From an uncultured Candidatus Saccharibacteria bacterium (lineage in GTDB: Bacteria > Patescibacteriota > Minisyncoccia > UBA11713 > 2-01-FULL-45-33), in NCBI GenBank assembly GCA_964464405.1, contig CAYXFX010000004.1, positions 1 to 52,428 on the forward strand: DNA of 52,428 nt. Reading direction: 5' to 3'. The translations under genes and the position numbers were made by a program. The notes under the pieces are model-generated. The model made no database searches. It saw only the letters and a list, made by a program, of their open reading frames with translations, and was not told where the DNA came from. Of this stretch, positions 37,864-46,594 are shown one piece after another; within the stretch, counting starts at the first letter, position 1, and each line of letters begins with the position of its first letter.

Positions 37864-38422
37864 TATTGTGCTCCACATTGAGTTCGCGAACAATCATTCG
37901 CATATAGCCCAATCTGAAAACTGTGTTTAGAAGCATAAGACACGACCATGAAGTTAACATTCCGATGATCGAAGTAAATGCTGCTGTTTTGATTCCACCA
38001 ACAGATTCCTGAATGTATCCAATAATTTTCGCCAAATCAGTTTCGCCTACAATTTTGTGTTCAAAAATTGTAGCAATAAGCATAAATCCGATTAAAGTTC
38101 CTAGAAATCCAAGAATTGGAAGATAACCGTTGATATAGCTCATTAATATTTGCCTGCACTCGAAAGATAATTCAATATCATGCACGGAATTCAGCAATGC
38201 CTCGCGATCTTTTAAAATGAGACGGGTTAACCAGACAATGTTTCCTATGCTGAAAGTTAGGCCTATTATAAAAACCACGATTATAAAAAGCGTAGTTCCA
38301 GTACTATCAAGCGCTAAGAGTGTGTCTAATGTAAGCAAATTTATTTGCCTAAGCTCGGACAAAAGTAAGGCGAATAACCCAAAGAAAAAAAGCCATATTG
38401 TCAAAAAAGCATGTTTTTGCAT
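37850..38422 (-). CDS. MotA/TolQ/ExbB proton-channel family protein
   Basis: YLPILGFLGTLIGF and GGIKTAAFTSIIGML match ExbB/MotA TM signatures; ATG 38422 follows GAGGTGG SD. Confidence 0.75.
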   Translation of the reverse strand: MQKHAFLTIWLFFFGLFALLLSELRQINLLTLDTLLALDSTGTTLFIIVVFIIGLTFSIGNIVWLTRLILKDREALLNSVHDIELSFECRQILMSYINGYLPILGFLGTLIGFMLIATIFEHKIVGETDLAKIIGYIQESVGGIKTAAFTSIIGMLTSWSCLMLLNTVFRLGYMRMIVRELNVEHNNENS

Positions 38423-38536
38423 AAAAACCACCTCTTCTTGTCTGGTTCTATTTAAACATGAACATTTTTTTTTAGCAACTTGTGCATATTATTTGCATTG
38501 ATAATCTGAAAATAGATTGAAATAGGGAAGTGATTT

Positions 38537-39349
38537 ATGAAGAAAGCCGTTTTAACGCTTATTTGTTTTTTAAATTTTTTGATCATTCCGAATGAAATCA
38601 TTGCTTCTCCACTAGGTGATGCTATGCGTATTGCGCGTAGTGCCGCAGTGCGTGTTTTTACGGATTGTGTGTATCTTATTAAATTGAAATCCGGCGCAGA
38701 GTTATATTTAACGCCAATTCCTCGTTTCGGAGGAAACGGTTTTTTTGTAAAAAGCAAAAATTACACCAATGCTGTTTTAACAGCGAGTCATGTAGTTACT
38801 TGTCCCAATTTTTTTGATGAAAATATATTTCCTGATGCTTTTGACAAAGATCAAATTACAACTGTAACTAACGCAGCTAGATTGCGTGTCGAATATAATG
38901 GGTTAAGATATAAGGCAAATCTCGTTAAATTATTGATTTCTGCAGACAATGTGGATAAAGATTTGGCGCTTTTAGATGTGCAATTGCCGTCCGACGTACA
39001 ACACACCAAAGTGAGTATAGATCAGGGAGATGATCTTGATTTAGGTGATGAAGTTTGGGTTTTGGGTTATTTGCAACTATCAAGCGAAGAAAAAGATCCT
39101 CGCTTAAGCTCTTGGCTTATTAGGCATTCTGTAATTTCTGACATAGTTGGAGGAACCATTAAATTAAGAGAGTTTATGTTTCCTGGCGAATCAGGCTCAA
39201 TGATTGCTGTCATAAAAGAAGGGTTGCCATATGCTGTGGCACTTGGAACTTCGGCGCTTTTTATACAATATGACGGCATTATTCCATTGGGAGTTGTCCC
39301 AAAGGGTGTGAGTTGGGCTATGAGAATACCTAAAGATTTTGTTGAGTGA
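38537..39349 (+). CDS. Secreted trypsin-like serine protease
   Basis: Signal peptide; GNGFF, LTASHVV, DLALL, FPGESGS (GxSG). Confidence 0.75.
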   Translation: MKKAVLTLICFLNFLIIPNEIIASPLGDAMRIARSAAVRVFTDCVYLIKLKSGAELYLTPIPRFGGNGFFVKSKNYTNAVLTASHVVTCPNFFDENIFPDAFDKDQITTVTNAARLRVEYNGLRYKANLVKLLISADNVDKDLALLDVQLPSDVQHTKVSIDQGDDLDLGDEVWVLGYLQLSSEEKDPRLSSWLIRHSVISDIVGGTIKLREFMFPGESGSMIAVIKEGLPYAVALGTSALFIQYDGIIPLGVVPKGVSWAMRIPKDFVE

Positions 39350-39356
39350 CTTTTTT

Positions 39357-39384
39357 AACTGCGCAAAGCATAAGCGCAGTTTTT
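39357..39384 (+). terminator. Intrinsic terminator
   Basis: AACTGCGC/GCGCAGTT stem + T tract. Confidence 0.6.
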
Positions 39385-39409
39385 AATTAAATTTGGTATA
39401 ATAATTATA

Positions 39410-41701
39410 TTGTCAAAAAAGAAAAAAAATAAGGAAAAATATGGGAGGCCTCAAAAACCTTCTTGGCATGAAAGTTTAAAGCCTGAAACCAAACACTCAC
39501 TTTGGGCAGTTTTTTCGCTGGCTTTGGGCCTTCTTTTTACTCTTGCCTACTTTGGAAAAGGCGGGCCTGCGGGAGCGGCTGCCCAGCGCGGCCTAAACAT
39601 TATTTTTGGCAAAGGGTTTTTCCTTGTTTCTTTGTCTTTTTTCCTTGCATCTCTTTCGTTTTTGTTTGCTTTAGGAAATCATTTGGTTTTAACGACTGTA
39701 GTCGGCGGGATTTTGTTTTTAATAAGCACTTTGGGTATATCCGATATTATTTTAGGGGAGTTTACTGGCGGCTACATCGGATATTTAGCATCTTATCCAT
39801 TTTTAAAATTATTTGATTTTTGGGCATCTCTTGTAATTTTTGCAGCGCTTCTTCTGGCATCTTTACTTATCATGTTGAATTTTTCTTTGAAACCGAAAAG
39901 GCGGGAAGGCGATTCTGATGAAAATTTAGAAAAAGAAGTTAAAATTTCGCAGCCGGCGCTATCTAATCCTCAGCAAACTTCTCTGCGAACCCAAGAAATT
40001 GCAGCGCAGGAAGGAGAAAAAGAAAAGACGGAAGAAGACGAAGAAGCCCACCCGATTCTTAACATGTTTACACGAACCAAACCAAAATTGCAAAAAGCCG
40101 AATATAAAGCAATTGAGTATAATTTTCCCCCACTCGATATTTTAGAGGATGATAAGGGAACTCCATCTTCGGGCGACATAAAGGCAAATGCAAATATTGT
40201 AAAAAGAACTTTGCAAAATTTCGGAATAGATGTCGAAATGTCGGAAGTCAATGTCGGGCCTTCGGTAACTCAGTATACTTTGAAGCCCGCAGAAGGTATA
40301 AAATTGTCGCGCATCACGGCTTTGCAAAATGATCTTGCTTTGGCGCTTGCTGCGCATCCCTTGCGTATCGAAGCACCGATTCCGGGAAAATCTTTGGTGG
40401 GAATTGAGATACCAAATAGATCCATAGCCCTTGTGGGGCTCAGAAGCCTCCTTGGCATAGAAGATTTTCAAAAAGCCGCGCCTTTATCTATTACCTTAGG
40501 ACGCGATGTTTCAGGACGCGAGGTTTTTGCCGATATTGCAAAAATGCCCCATCTTTTAATCGCTGGAGCAACAGGTTCCGGAAAGTCGATTGCTATACAC
40601 ACGCTAATTATAAGTTTGCTTTATAAAAATTCTCCGGAATTTTTAAGGTTTCTTATGGTAGATCCGAAAAGAGTGGAATTAACAGGATATAACGAAATCC
40701 CGCATTTACTTACACCTGTGATTACTGATGCCAAAAAAACAATCGCTGCACTAAGATGGGCCGTAAGAGAAATGGAAAGAAGATACGAAAAATTATCAGC
40801 GGTTGGCACTCGCGATATTTTTTCATACAACAATGAAATGATAAAATCAAAAAGCCCCGAGGAAATTTTACCGAATATAATAATTATTATTGACGAGCTG
40901 GCTGATCTTATGGCTGCATACCCGCGAGAAATGGAAGCTTCGATCGTGCGTTTGGCGCAAATGTCGCGCGCAGTCGGGATTCATTTAATAGTTTCCACAC
41001 AGAGGCCTTCCGTTGAAGTTATAACGGGATTAATTAAAGCAAATATTACTGCTCGCGTGGCTTTGCAAGTTGCTTCCGGAGTTGATTCAAGAACGATTTT
41101 AGATATGTCTGGCGCCGAAAAGCTGTTAGGGAACGGAGATATGCTTTATTTGGCGGGAGACACGTCCAAACCTCGTAGAATTCAGGGTGCTTTTATTTCC
41201 GAGCGTGAAGTGAAAAGAGTGGTGAATTTCCTTTCCGATCAAGCTACGGAGTTTGCAGGAGCACCGGCAATTGATTTTGATACAAAAAATGTAATAGCTA
41301 CTAACTCGGATTTGCAATTAGATGGTTTTGAAGAAGGGGGGGGCGACGTAGACGATGAATTGTATGAGGAGGCAAAAAAATTAGTAATTGAGGCTCAGAA
41401 AGCGTCGGCTTCCTATTTGCAACGAAGGTTACGAGTAGGATATGCGAGGGCGGCAAGACTTTTAGATGTTTTGGAAAACGAAGGAATAATCGGTCCGGGA
41501 GAGGGAGCTAAACCAAGAGACGTTTTGATAAAGAAAGATGATGTTGAGGAAGCGCTGGTGGAGAATTTCGAAGCCGCAGTCGAGTCTAAAGCGCGCGAAG
41601 AAAAAAAAATTGAAAAAGCAATAGATCGCGTAGAGCGTGCGCCAAGCGACAAAAAAAAGGATGCCGATTCCAACATCCCATATACAAACTTTGATTTTTG
41701 A
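39410..41701 (+). CDS. ftsK: DNA translocase FtsK/SpoIIIE
   Basis: 4 N-terminal TMs, RIEAPIPGK, PHLLIAGATGSGKS, IIIDELADLM, gamma domain SASYLQRRLRVGYARAARLLD; TTG start. Confidence 0.96.
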   Translation: MSKKKKNKEKYGRPQKPSWHESLKPETKHSLWAVFSLALGLLFTLAYFGKGGPAGAAAQRGLNIIFGKGFFLVSLSFFLASLSFLFALGNHLVLTTVVGGILFLISTLGISDIILGEFTGGYIGYLASYPFLKLFDFWASLVIFAALLLASLLIMLNFSLKPKRREGDSDENLEKEVKISQPALSNPQQTSLRTQEIAAQEGEKEKTEEDEEAHPILNMFTRTKPKLQKAEYKAIEYNFPPLDILEDDKGTPSSGDIKANANIVKRTLQNFGIDVEMSEVNVGPSVTQYTLKPAEGIKLSRITALQNDLALALAAHPLRIEAPIPGKSLVGIEIPNRSIALVGLRSLLGIEDFQKAAPLSITLGRDVSGREVFADIAKMPHLLIAGATGSGKSIAIHTLIISLLYKNSPEFLRFLMVDPKRVELTGYNEIPHLLTPVITDAKKTIAALRWAVREMERRYEKLSAVGTRDIFSYNNEMIKSKSPEEILPNIIIIIDELADLMAAYPREMEASIVRLAQMSRAVGIHLIVSTQRPSVEVITGLIKANITARVALQVASGVDSRTILDMSGAEKLLGNGDMLYLAGDTSKPRRIQGAFISEREVKRVVNFLSDQATEFAGAPAIDFDTKNVIATNSDLQLDGFEEGGGDVDDELYEEAKKLVIEAQKASASYLQRRLRVGYARAARLLDVLENEGIIGPGEGAKPRDVLIKKDDVEEALVENFEAAVESKAREEKKIEKAIDRVERAPSDKKKDADSNIPYTNFDF

Positions 41702-41714
41702 TTAGAATAAATTT

Positions 41715-42044
41715 ATGCACATCAGACACTGGATTTTTGCGGGGCTAATTATTTTAGTGTTCGGTTATTTTTTCTTTGAAGCAAGAGGCGTGCTTTTTGG
41801 GCCCGAGCTCGAAATTTTTGAACCAAAAGAAGGCGAATCTTTTAATACAACCTTGATTCATGTGGCAGGGAGAACAATCCCGCAGGCCAATGTTTGGGTT
41901 GCTGGACGAATTATAACAAGCGATGAAAAAGGAATTTTTGAGGAGAATCTCACTTTTCATCCGGGGCTAAACGCTATCGGAGTTTTAGTCAAAGACCATT
42001 TTGGGAACGAAGCAAAAAAAACAGTGCAATTTTATATAAAATAG
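41715..42044 (+). CDS. Small membrane-anchored Ig-like hypothetical protein
   Basis: N-terminal TM then beta-rich domain (P.EG..F.T..I.V.G.T..F...LTFHPGLN.I). Confidence 0.6.
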   Translation: MHIRHWIFAGLIILVFGYFFFEARGVLFGPELEIFEPKEGESFNTTLIHVAGRTIPQANVWVAGRIITSDEKGIFEENLTFHPGLNAIGVLVKDHFGNEAKKTVQFYIK

Positions 42045-42088
42045 TTTGTAACCTAAAGTAAATAAATTAGTTACTTTATTATAACGCC

Positions 42089-42595
42089 ATGTTTCCAAAA
42101 GTTGATGAAATTATAGAATTTGAGCAGATTGATACGAAAGGTTCTTTTCCGACGAAATCTGGCGGGGTTTTATCCGTTCCATTCGCTTTGCCTTTTCACA
42201 TAGTAAAAAGTTTTTTTGAATACGACGAAGAGGAATTAAAAAAAGTTCCGAAAGATATAAGGGGGTTGAGGTATTATTTAGTTGAAAAATTGTCTAAAGG
42301 CCAAAGCGGAGGGAACTCGTACCACCGTGTGCGGCGCGAAGCTGTTTTCGGAATTAAAGGCGCTGTAAAACTTATGTGCGAAGACATTTACGAAAATAAA
42401 AGAGAGTTTAAAATTACTCCAACAAATGGCATTTTGATGCCTCCTTTTATTTTGCAGTCTTACCTTGTGCTAGAAGACGAAAGCGGCCTTGCATCGGTCT
42501 GCAACACTCTTTATCCTTTGCCTCCGGATCCTACGACAAGCGATACATTTCTTGCGGAAGAATTTAGAAAGTTGCAATCAGAAAATAAATTGTAG
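42089..42595 (+). CDS. WxcM/FdtA-like cupin (sugar 3,4-ketoisomerase-like), divergent
   Basis: GGVLSVP, R.YY, GGNSYHR..RE, GILMPP pattern of the FdtA/QdtA cupin. Confidence 0.6.
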   Translation: MFPKVDEIIEFEQIDTKGSFPTKSGGVLSVPFALPFHIVKSFFEYDEEELKKVPKDIRGLRYYLVEKLSKGQSGGNSYHRVRREAVFGIKGAVKLMCEDIYENKREFKITPTNGILMPPFILQSYLVLEDESGLASVCNTLYPLPPDPTTSDTFLAEEFRKLQSENKL

Positions 42596-42629
42596 AAATA
42601 AAAAAATGCGCTTGGAACGCATTTGTAAA

Positions 42630-43517
42630 TCAAAATTCTATTGCGATAGCTGTTGCTTCAGTGTGGGAAATAAAAGTTGAATTTACGTTTAGTATTTCGT
42701 GTTCTCTTTTTTCTTGTAACATACCCGTTAAACCGAATTTGTTATAGGCATCAACTATGTAACGGGCAAGCGCGTTTTCACTTTCGGTTTTTTCACTATC
42801 AATAAGTCCATCTGTAAAAAGTACAATCAACTCAAGATTTTTTACAGGCAGGATTGTTGAAAACCAGCAATCTACAGTCCGCGGATCACCGTTTAATAGG
42901 CCAAACCCACTTAATGATTCTTTATTGTTAACATCTTCTGTGCGTTTCTTTACCCAAAGTTCACAGTACTCATCCCAAGCACTTGCTCTTACTTCTGCTA
43001 ATTTTTCATTTGTTACTTCGGGCAGGCCTTGCATATGTTTTTTCATCACACCTTGGAAGGTTGGTTTGCACCATTTTACATCGTGTTCGTATAGTTGATT
43101 TTTTGTTGCAAAACAGGTGCTGTCTTTATATTTCCAAACCGCACTACTGTCTCCGGTTTGCTCTACCTCAACGTAGATGTCGCCTATTTGCGCGGCTGCG
43201 AAAGTTGCTCCGGGCATTAGCGCAAATGGCAGGTCAAGCTCATTTTTCATCTTTGTAAGCGCCGAATTCGCCATGCTTAATGTTCCCTGGAGTGGAAACG
43301 AGTCGCCGCGACCTTTAAAAGAGTCAATGATTCTTTTAACTGCTAATGTGCCGCTAGTTTCTGTTTTATCAAAACCATACAGCTTTCTTGGGCGTTTTCT
43401 TGAGTAAGGGGTGCTGACTCCGTCGAAAACCGCGAAAACTCTTTGCGAAATGAAAAATCCATCTTCGATTTCTTTGGCCGATCCTTTATCAAATAGCATT
43501 TCTATTTTTTTGTACAT
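42630..43517 (-). CDS. PP2C/SpoIIE-like phosphatase-fold protein
   Basis: IEDG, FAVFDGVS, TGDS, LFTDGL motifs; AGGAGG SD. Confidence 0.65.
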   Translation of the reverse strand: MYKKIEMLFDKGSAKEIEDGFFISQRVFAVFDGVSTPYSRKRPRKLYGFDKTETSGTLAVKRIIDSFKGRGDSFPLQGTLSMANSALTKMKNELDLPFALMPGATFAAAQIGDIYVEVEQTGDSSAVWKYKDSTCFATKNQLYEHDVKWCKPTFQGVMKKHMQGLPEVTNEKLAEVRASAWDEYCELWVKKRTEDVNNKESLSGFGLLNGDPRTVDCWFSTILPVKNLELIVLFTDGLIDSEKTESENALARYIVDAYNKFGLTGMLQEKREHEILNVNSTFISHTEATAIAIEF

Positions 43518-43537
43518 CTACCCTCCTAAATGGGAAT

Positions 43538-44395
43538 TTGTCTTCAATAAACTTAGTATTTATAATTGAATATGTCAATAACGTGCCAAAAACCATACAA
43601 ATAAATAAACCAATTAAACGCGTAATATTTTTAGGAAGAAAGGCGGGGGCGGTGGAAGCCGCGAAATTTTTGCTCCAAAATAATATTGAGATTCCGTTGG
43701 TTGTGTGCCCGGAATCTGGGCATGATGCTGATGCATTTCGAGCGCTGGGCAAGGAGAGTGGAATTGCTATTCTTTCCGACGACAAGATTTTATACAAAAT
43801 GATCCAAGACGGAGACGAGCGGACAAAAAATATTGAACTTGTGGTTTCTTATCTTTATTGGCGGCGCATCAAAATGCCGTTAATAAAATTGGGAGCCGTA
43901 GGATGTGTTAACTTCCATCCGGCGCCGTTACCTGACTACAAATCACGTGCCGGGTACAATACCGCGATTTTAGACGGACAGAAAGAATTCGGAGTCTCCG
44001 CTCATTTTATTGATTCCGAAGAATTTGATTCGGGGCCGATAATAAAAGTCGCGCGTTTTGAAATGCCAGCAACCGGACATGTCCTCGACTTAGTTGATGA
44101 AGCCCAAAAAAAATTGCTTGAACTTTTTAAGGAAGTAATCGAATTATTCCAGAGTGGGATGGAACTTGAGCTGGCTTCTAATAACGGCGGACTTTATTTA
44201 AACGGGGCAGAGCTCGAAAATTTGAAATTAATAGATCCGGAGCGAGATTCAAAAGAAGAAATAAAAAAGAAAATACGCGCTTTTTTCTATCCGCCATACC
44301 ACGGCGCGACGATTGATATCAAGGGGGAAAAATATACCATTTTAGACGAAGAGTCTTTAAGGTTTCTTGCAAAAAAATTAGGCATAATTAGCTAA
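43538..44395 (+). CDS. Formyltransferase (sugar N-formyltransferase / Fmt-like)
   Basis: NFHPAPLPDYKS, HFID..FDSGPII; true start may be GTG 43583. Confidence 0.85.
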   Translation: MSSINLVFIIEYVNNVPKTIQINKPIKRVIFLGRKAGAVEAAKFLLQNNIEIPLVVCPESGHDADAFRALGKESGIAILSDDKILYKMIQDGDERTKNIELVVSYLYWRRIKMPLIKLGAVGCVNFHPAPLPDYKSRAGYNTAILDGQKEFGVSAHFIDSEEFDSGPIIKVARFEMPATGHVLDLVDEAQKKLLELFKEVIELFQSGMELELASNNGGLYLNGAELENLKLIDPERDSKEEIKKKIRAFFYPPYHGATIDIKGEKYTILDEESLRFLAKKLGIIS

Positions 44396-44435
44396 AATAC
44401 TGAAACTACGAGCATAGATCGGGGTTTTATATTTA

Positions 44436-45563
44436 ATGAAATTTTATCCGAGCGCGCGGCCGCACATTGCTGCAAGAGAGAAAAAATACGTGCTGGAAGT
44501 TTTAAACTCCGGTTTTTTAAGTTTGGGAAAAAAACAAGAGTTATTTGAAAAAAAATTTGCGAAATTTACTGGAACAAAATATGCTTGCGCGGTTTCGTCC
44601 GGAACTGCGGGGCTTCATCTAGCGCTAATTGCGGCCGGAATTGGAAGGGGTGACGAGGTTATAACTACGCCATTTTCTTTCGTCGCTTCGGCAAACGCAA
44701 TACTATATGTAGATGCGCGCCCGGTGTTTGTAGATATTGATCCCAAAACTTATAATATCAATCCTTCATTGATTGAGAGCGCAATTACTAAACAAACCAA
44801 GGCCATTTTGGTAGTGCATATTTTGGGCCAACCGGCAGAAATGGATCCGATTTTGCGCATCGCAAAAAAATATAAGTTAAAAATTATTGAAGACGCTTGC
44901 GAATCTCTTGGAGCAACTTACAAAGGCAAAAAAGCCGGAACATTTGGTGAGTCAGCCGTTTTTGCTTTTTATCCGAATAAACAAATGACTACGGGAGAAG
45001 GCGGAGTGATAGTTACAAACGATAAAAATATTTACGAGCTTGTGAGAAGCCTGCGAAATCAGGGCAGATCTGACAATTTGCAATGGCTGGATCATAATAA
45101 ATTGGGGTATAATTATAGAATGGACGAGCTTTCTGCGGCAGTGGGGCTTGCCCAGATGGAAAGAATTGATTTTTTATTGCGCGGCAGGGAGATTGCAAAT
45201 TTGTACCATAAATTTTTAGCGCCACATTCAGAATTAATAATTGCGCCGGAAGTCCATAAAGATAATACGCACACATGGTTTGTCTATACGGCGCGGATAA
45301 AAAACGATAAGATAAACAGGGATAAGGTAATTGAGGATTTAAACAAAATTGGAATCAGCACGAAACCTTACCTTCCTTCAATTCATCTCTTAAGTTTTTA
45401 TAAAAAACAATTTGGTTTTAAAGAAGGCGATTTCCCTGTTTCAGAGACAATAAGCAAGAGCGCGCTTGCACTGCCATTTTATATCGGGCTTAAACAGAAA
45501 GATATAAAGTATATTTCAAATAAAGTTGCTGAAGTCGTAAGAAAACATGCAAAACGAATTTAA
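44436..45563 (+). CDS. DegT/DnrJ/EryC1/StrS PLP-dependent sugar aminotransferase
   Basis: SSGTAGLHLAL, IEDACE, FAFYPNKQMTTGEGG, GYNYRM. Confidence 0.95.
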   Translation: MKFYPSARPHIAAREKKYVLEVLNSGFLSLGKKQELFEKKFAKFTGTKYACAVSSGTAGLHLALIAAGIGRGDEVITTPFSFVASANAILYVDARPVFVDIDPKTYNINPSLIESAITKQTKAILVVHILGQPAEMDPILRIAKKYKLKIIEDACESLGATYKGKKAGTFGESAVFAFYPNKQMTTGEGGVIVTNDKNIYELVRSLRNQGRSDNLQWLDHNKLGYNYRMDELSAAVGLAQMERIDFLLRGREIANLYHKFLAPHSELIIAPEVHKDNTHTWFVYTARIKNDKINRDKVIEDLNKIGISTKPYLPSIHLLSFYKKQFGFKEGDFPVSETISKSALALPFYIGLKQKDIKYISNKVAEVVRKHAKRI

Positions 45564-46587
45564 AGGAAAAAATATTTTAGTTACGGGAGGAACGGGCTCG
45601 ATCGGATCTGAAATCGTATCCCAGCTTTTAAAATTTAATCCGAGAAGCATTCGGATTTTTGCGCGCCACGAAGACAGGCACTACACACTAATGCAGGAAT
45701 TTGGACACGCCGCTTCGCGTCTGCGTTTTGTTGTTGGAGACATCCGCGACAAAGACAGATTGCGCATGGCTATGGACGGGGTGGACATCGTGTTCCATGC
45801 GGCAGCGTTAAAACAAGTAACTATGTGCGAATATAATCCTTTCGAAGTTGTAAAAACCAACATTGTGGGAACCCAAAATGTAATTGAAGTTGCGAGGGAT
45901 TTAAACGTCCCGAAAGTGGTTGGGATTTCAACCGACAAAGTTGCGGAGCCGGAGGGAATTTTGGGAGTCTCGAAACTTATGGCAGAAAAACTTTTTTTGG
46001 CGTCTTATTATTATAAGGGCAATAAAAAAACAAAATTCGCGTGCGTCCGGTTTGGTAATGTGTTGGGAAGCAGGGGAAGCATTCTTCCTTTGATAAAAAA
46101 TCAAATTAGAAAACGCGGAGTCGTCACAATTACAGATCCAAAAATGACGAGATATGTAATGACGATCCCTCAAGCCGCGCGCCTTGTGCTTTCCGCAACG
46201 AAGCTTATGAGAGGGCAGGAAATTTTTGTATTAAAAATGCCCGCGGTTCATATCGGAGATTTTGTAAAAACCGCCGTCGCATTCTATGCTCCATTATTGG
46301 GCAAGGATCCGGAGCAAATAAAAATCAAAGTAATCGGAAGACGTGACGGAGAGAAATTGCACGAAAAGTTGCTGGCGGACTATGAAATTCCAAGAGCGCT
46401 TGAAACCGGAGACATGTATATTTTAACTCCTCATGAAAAAACCATGTGGGATACATATAAAGAAGTTAAATATCCCGCTCGAGCAGTGCACACGAAAACG
46501 GGAAGTTTTTCGTCCGAGCATGCCGAAAAATTGAGCAAAGAAGCAATTTCCAAATTAATAAAAGAGGCGGATATTCGCCAGATTTAA
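45547..46587 (+). CDS. UDP-sugar 4,6-dehydratase (CapD/PseB-like SDR)
   Basis: TGGTGSIG, HAAALKQV, STDK, RFGNVLGSRGS. Confidence 0.92.
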   Translation: MQNEFKGKNILVTGGTGSIGSEIVSQLLKFNPRSIRIFARHEDRHYTLMQEFGHAASRLRFVVGDIRDKDRLRMAMDGVDIVFHAAALKQVTMCEYNPFEVVKTNIVGTQNVIEVARDLNVPKVVGISTDKVAEPEGILGVSKLMAEKLFLASYYYKGNKKTKFACVRFGNVLGSRGSILPLIKNQIRKRGVVTITDPKMTRYVMTIPQAARLVLSATKLMRGQEIFVLKMPAVHIGDFVKTAVAFYAPLLGKDPEQIKIKVIGRRDGEKLHEKLLADYEIPRALETGDMYILTPHEKTMWDTYKEVKYPARAVHTKTGSFSSEHAEKLSKEAISKLIKEADIRQI

Positions 46588-46594
46588 TTTATTT

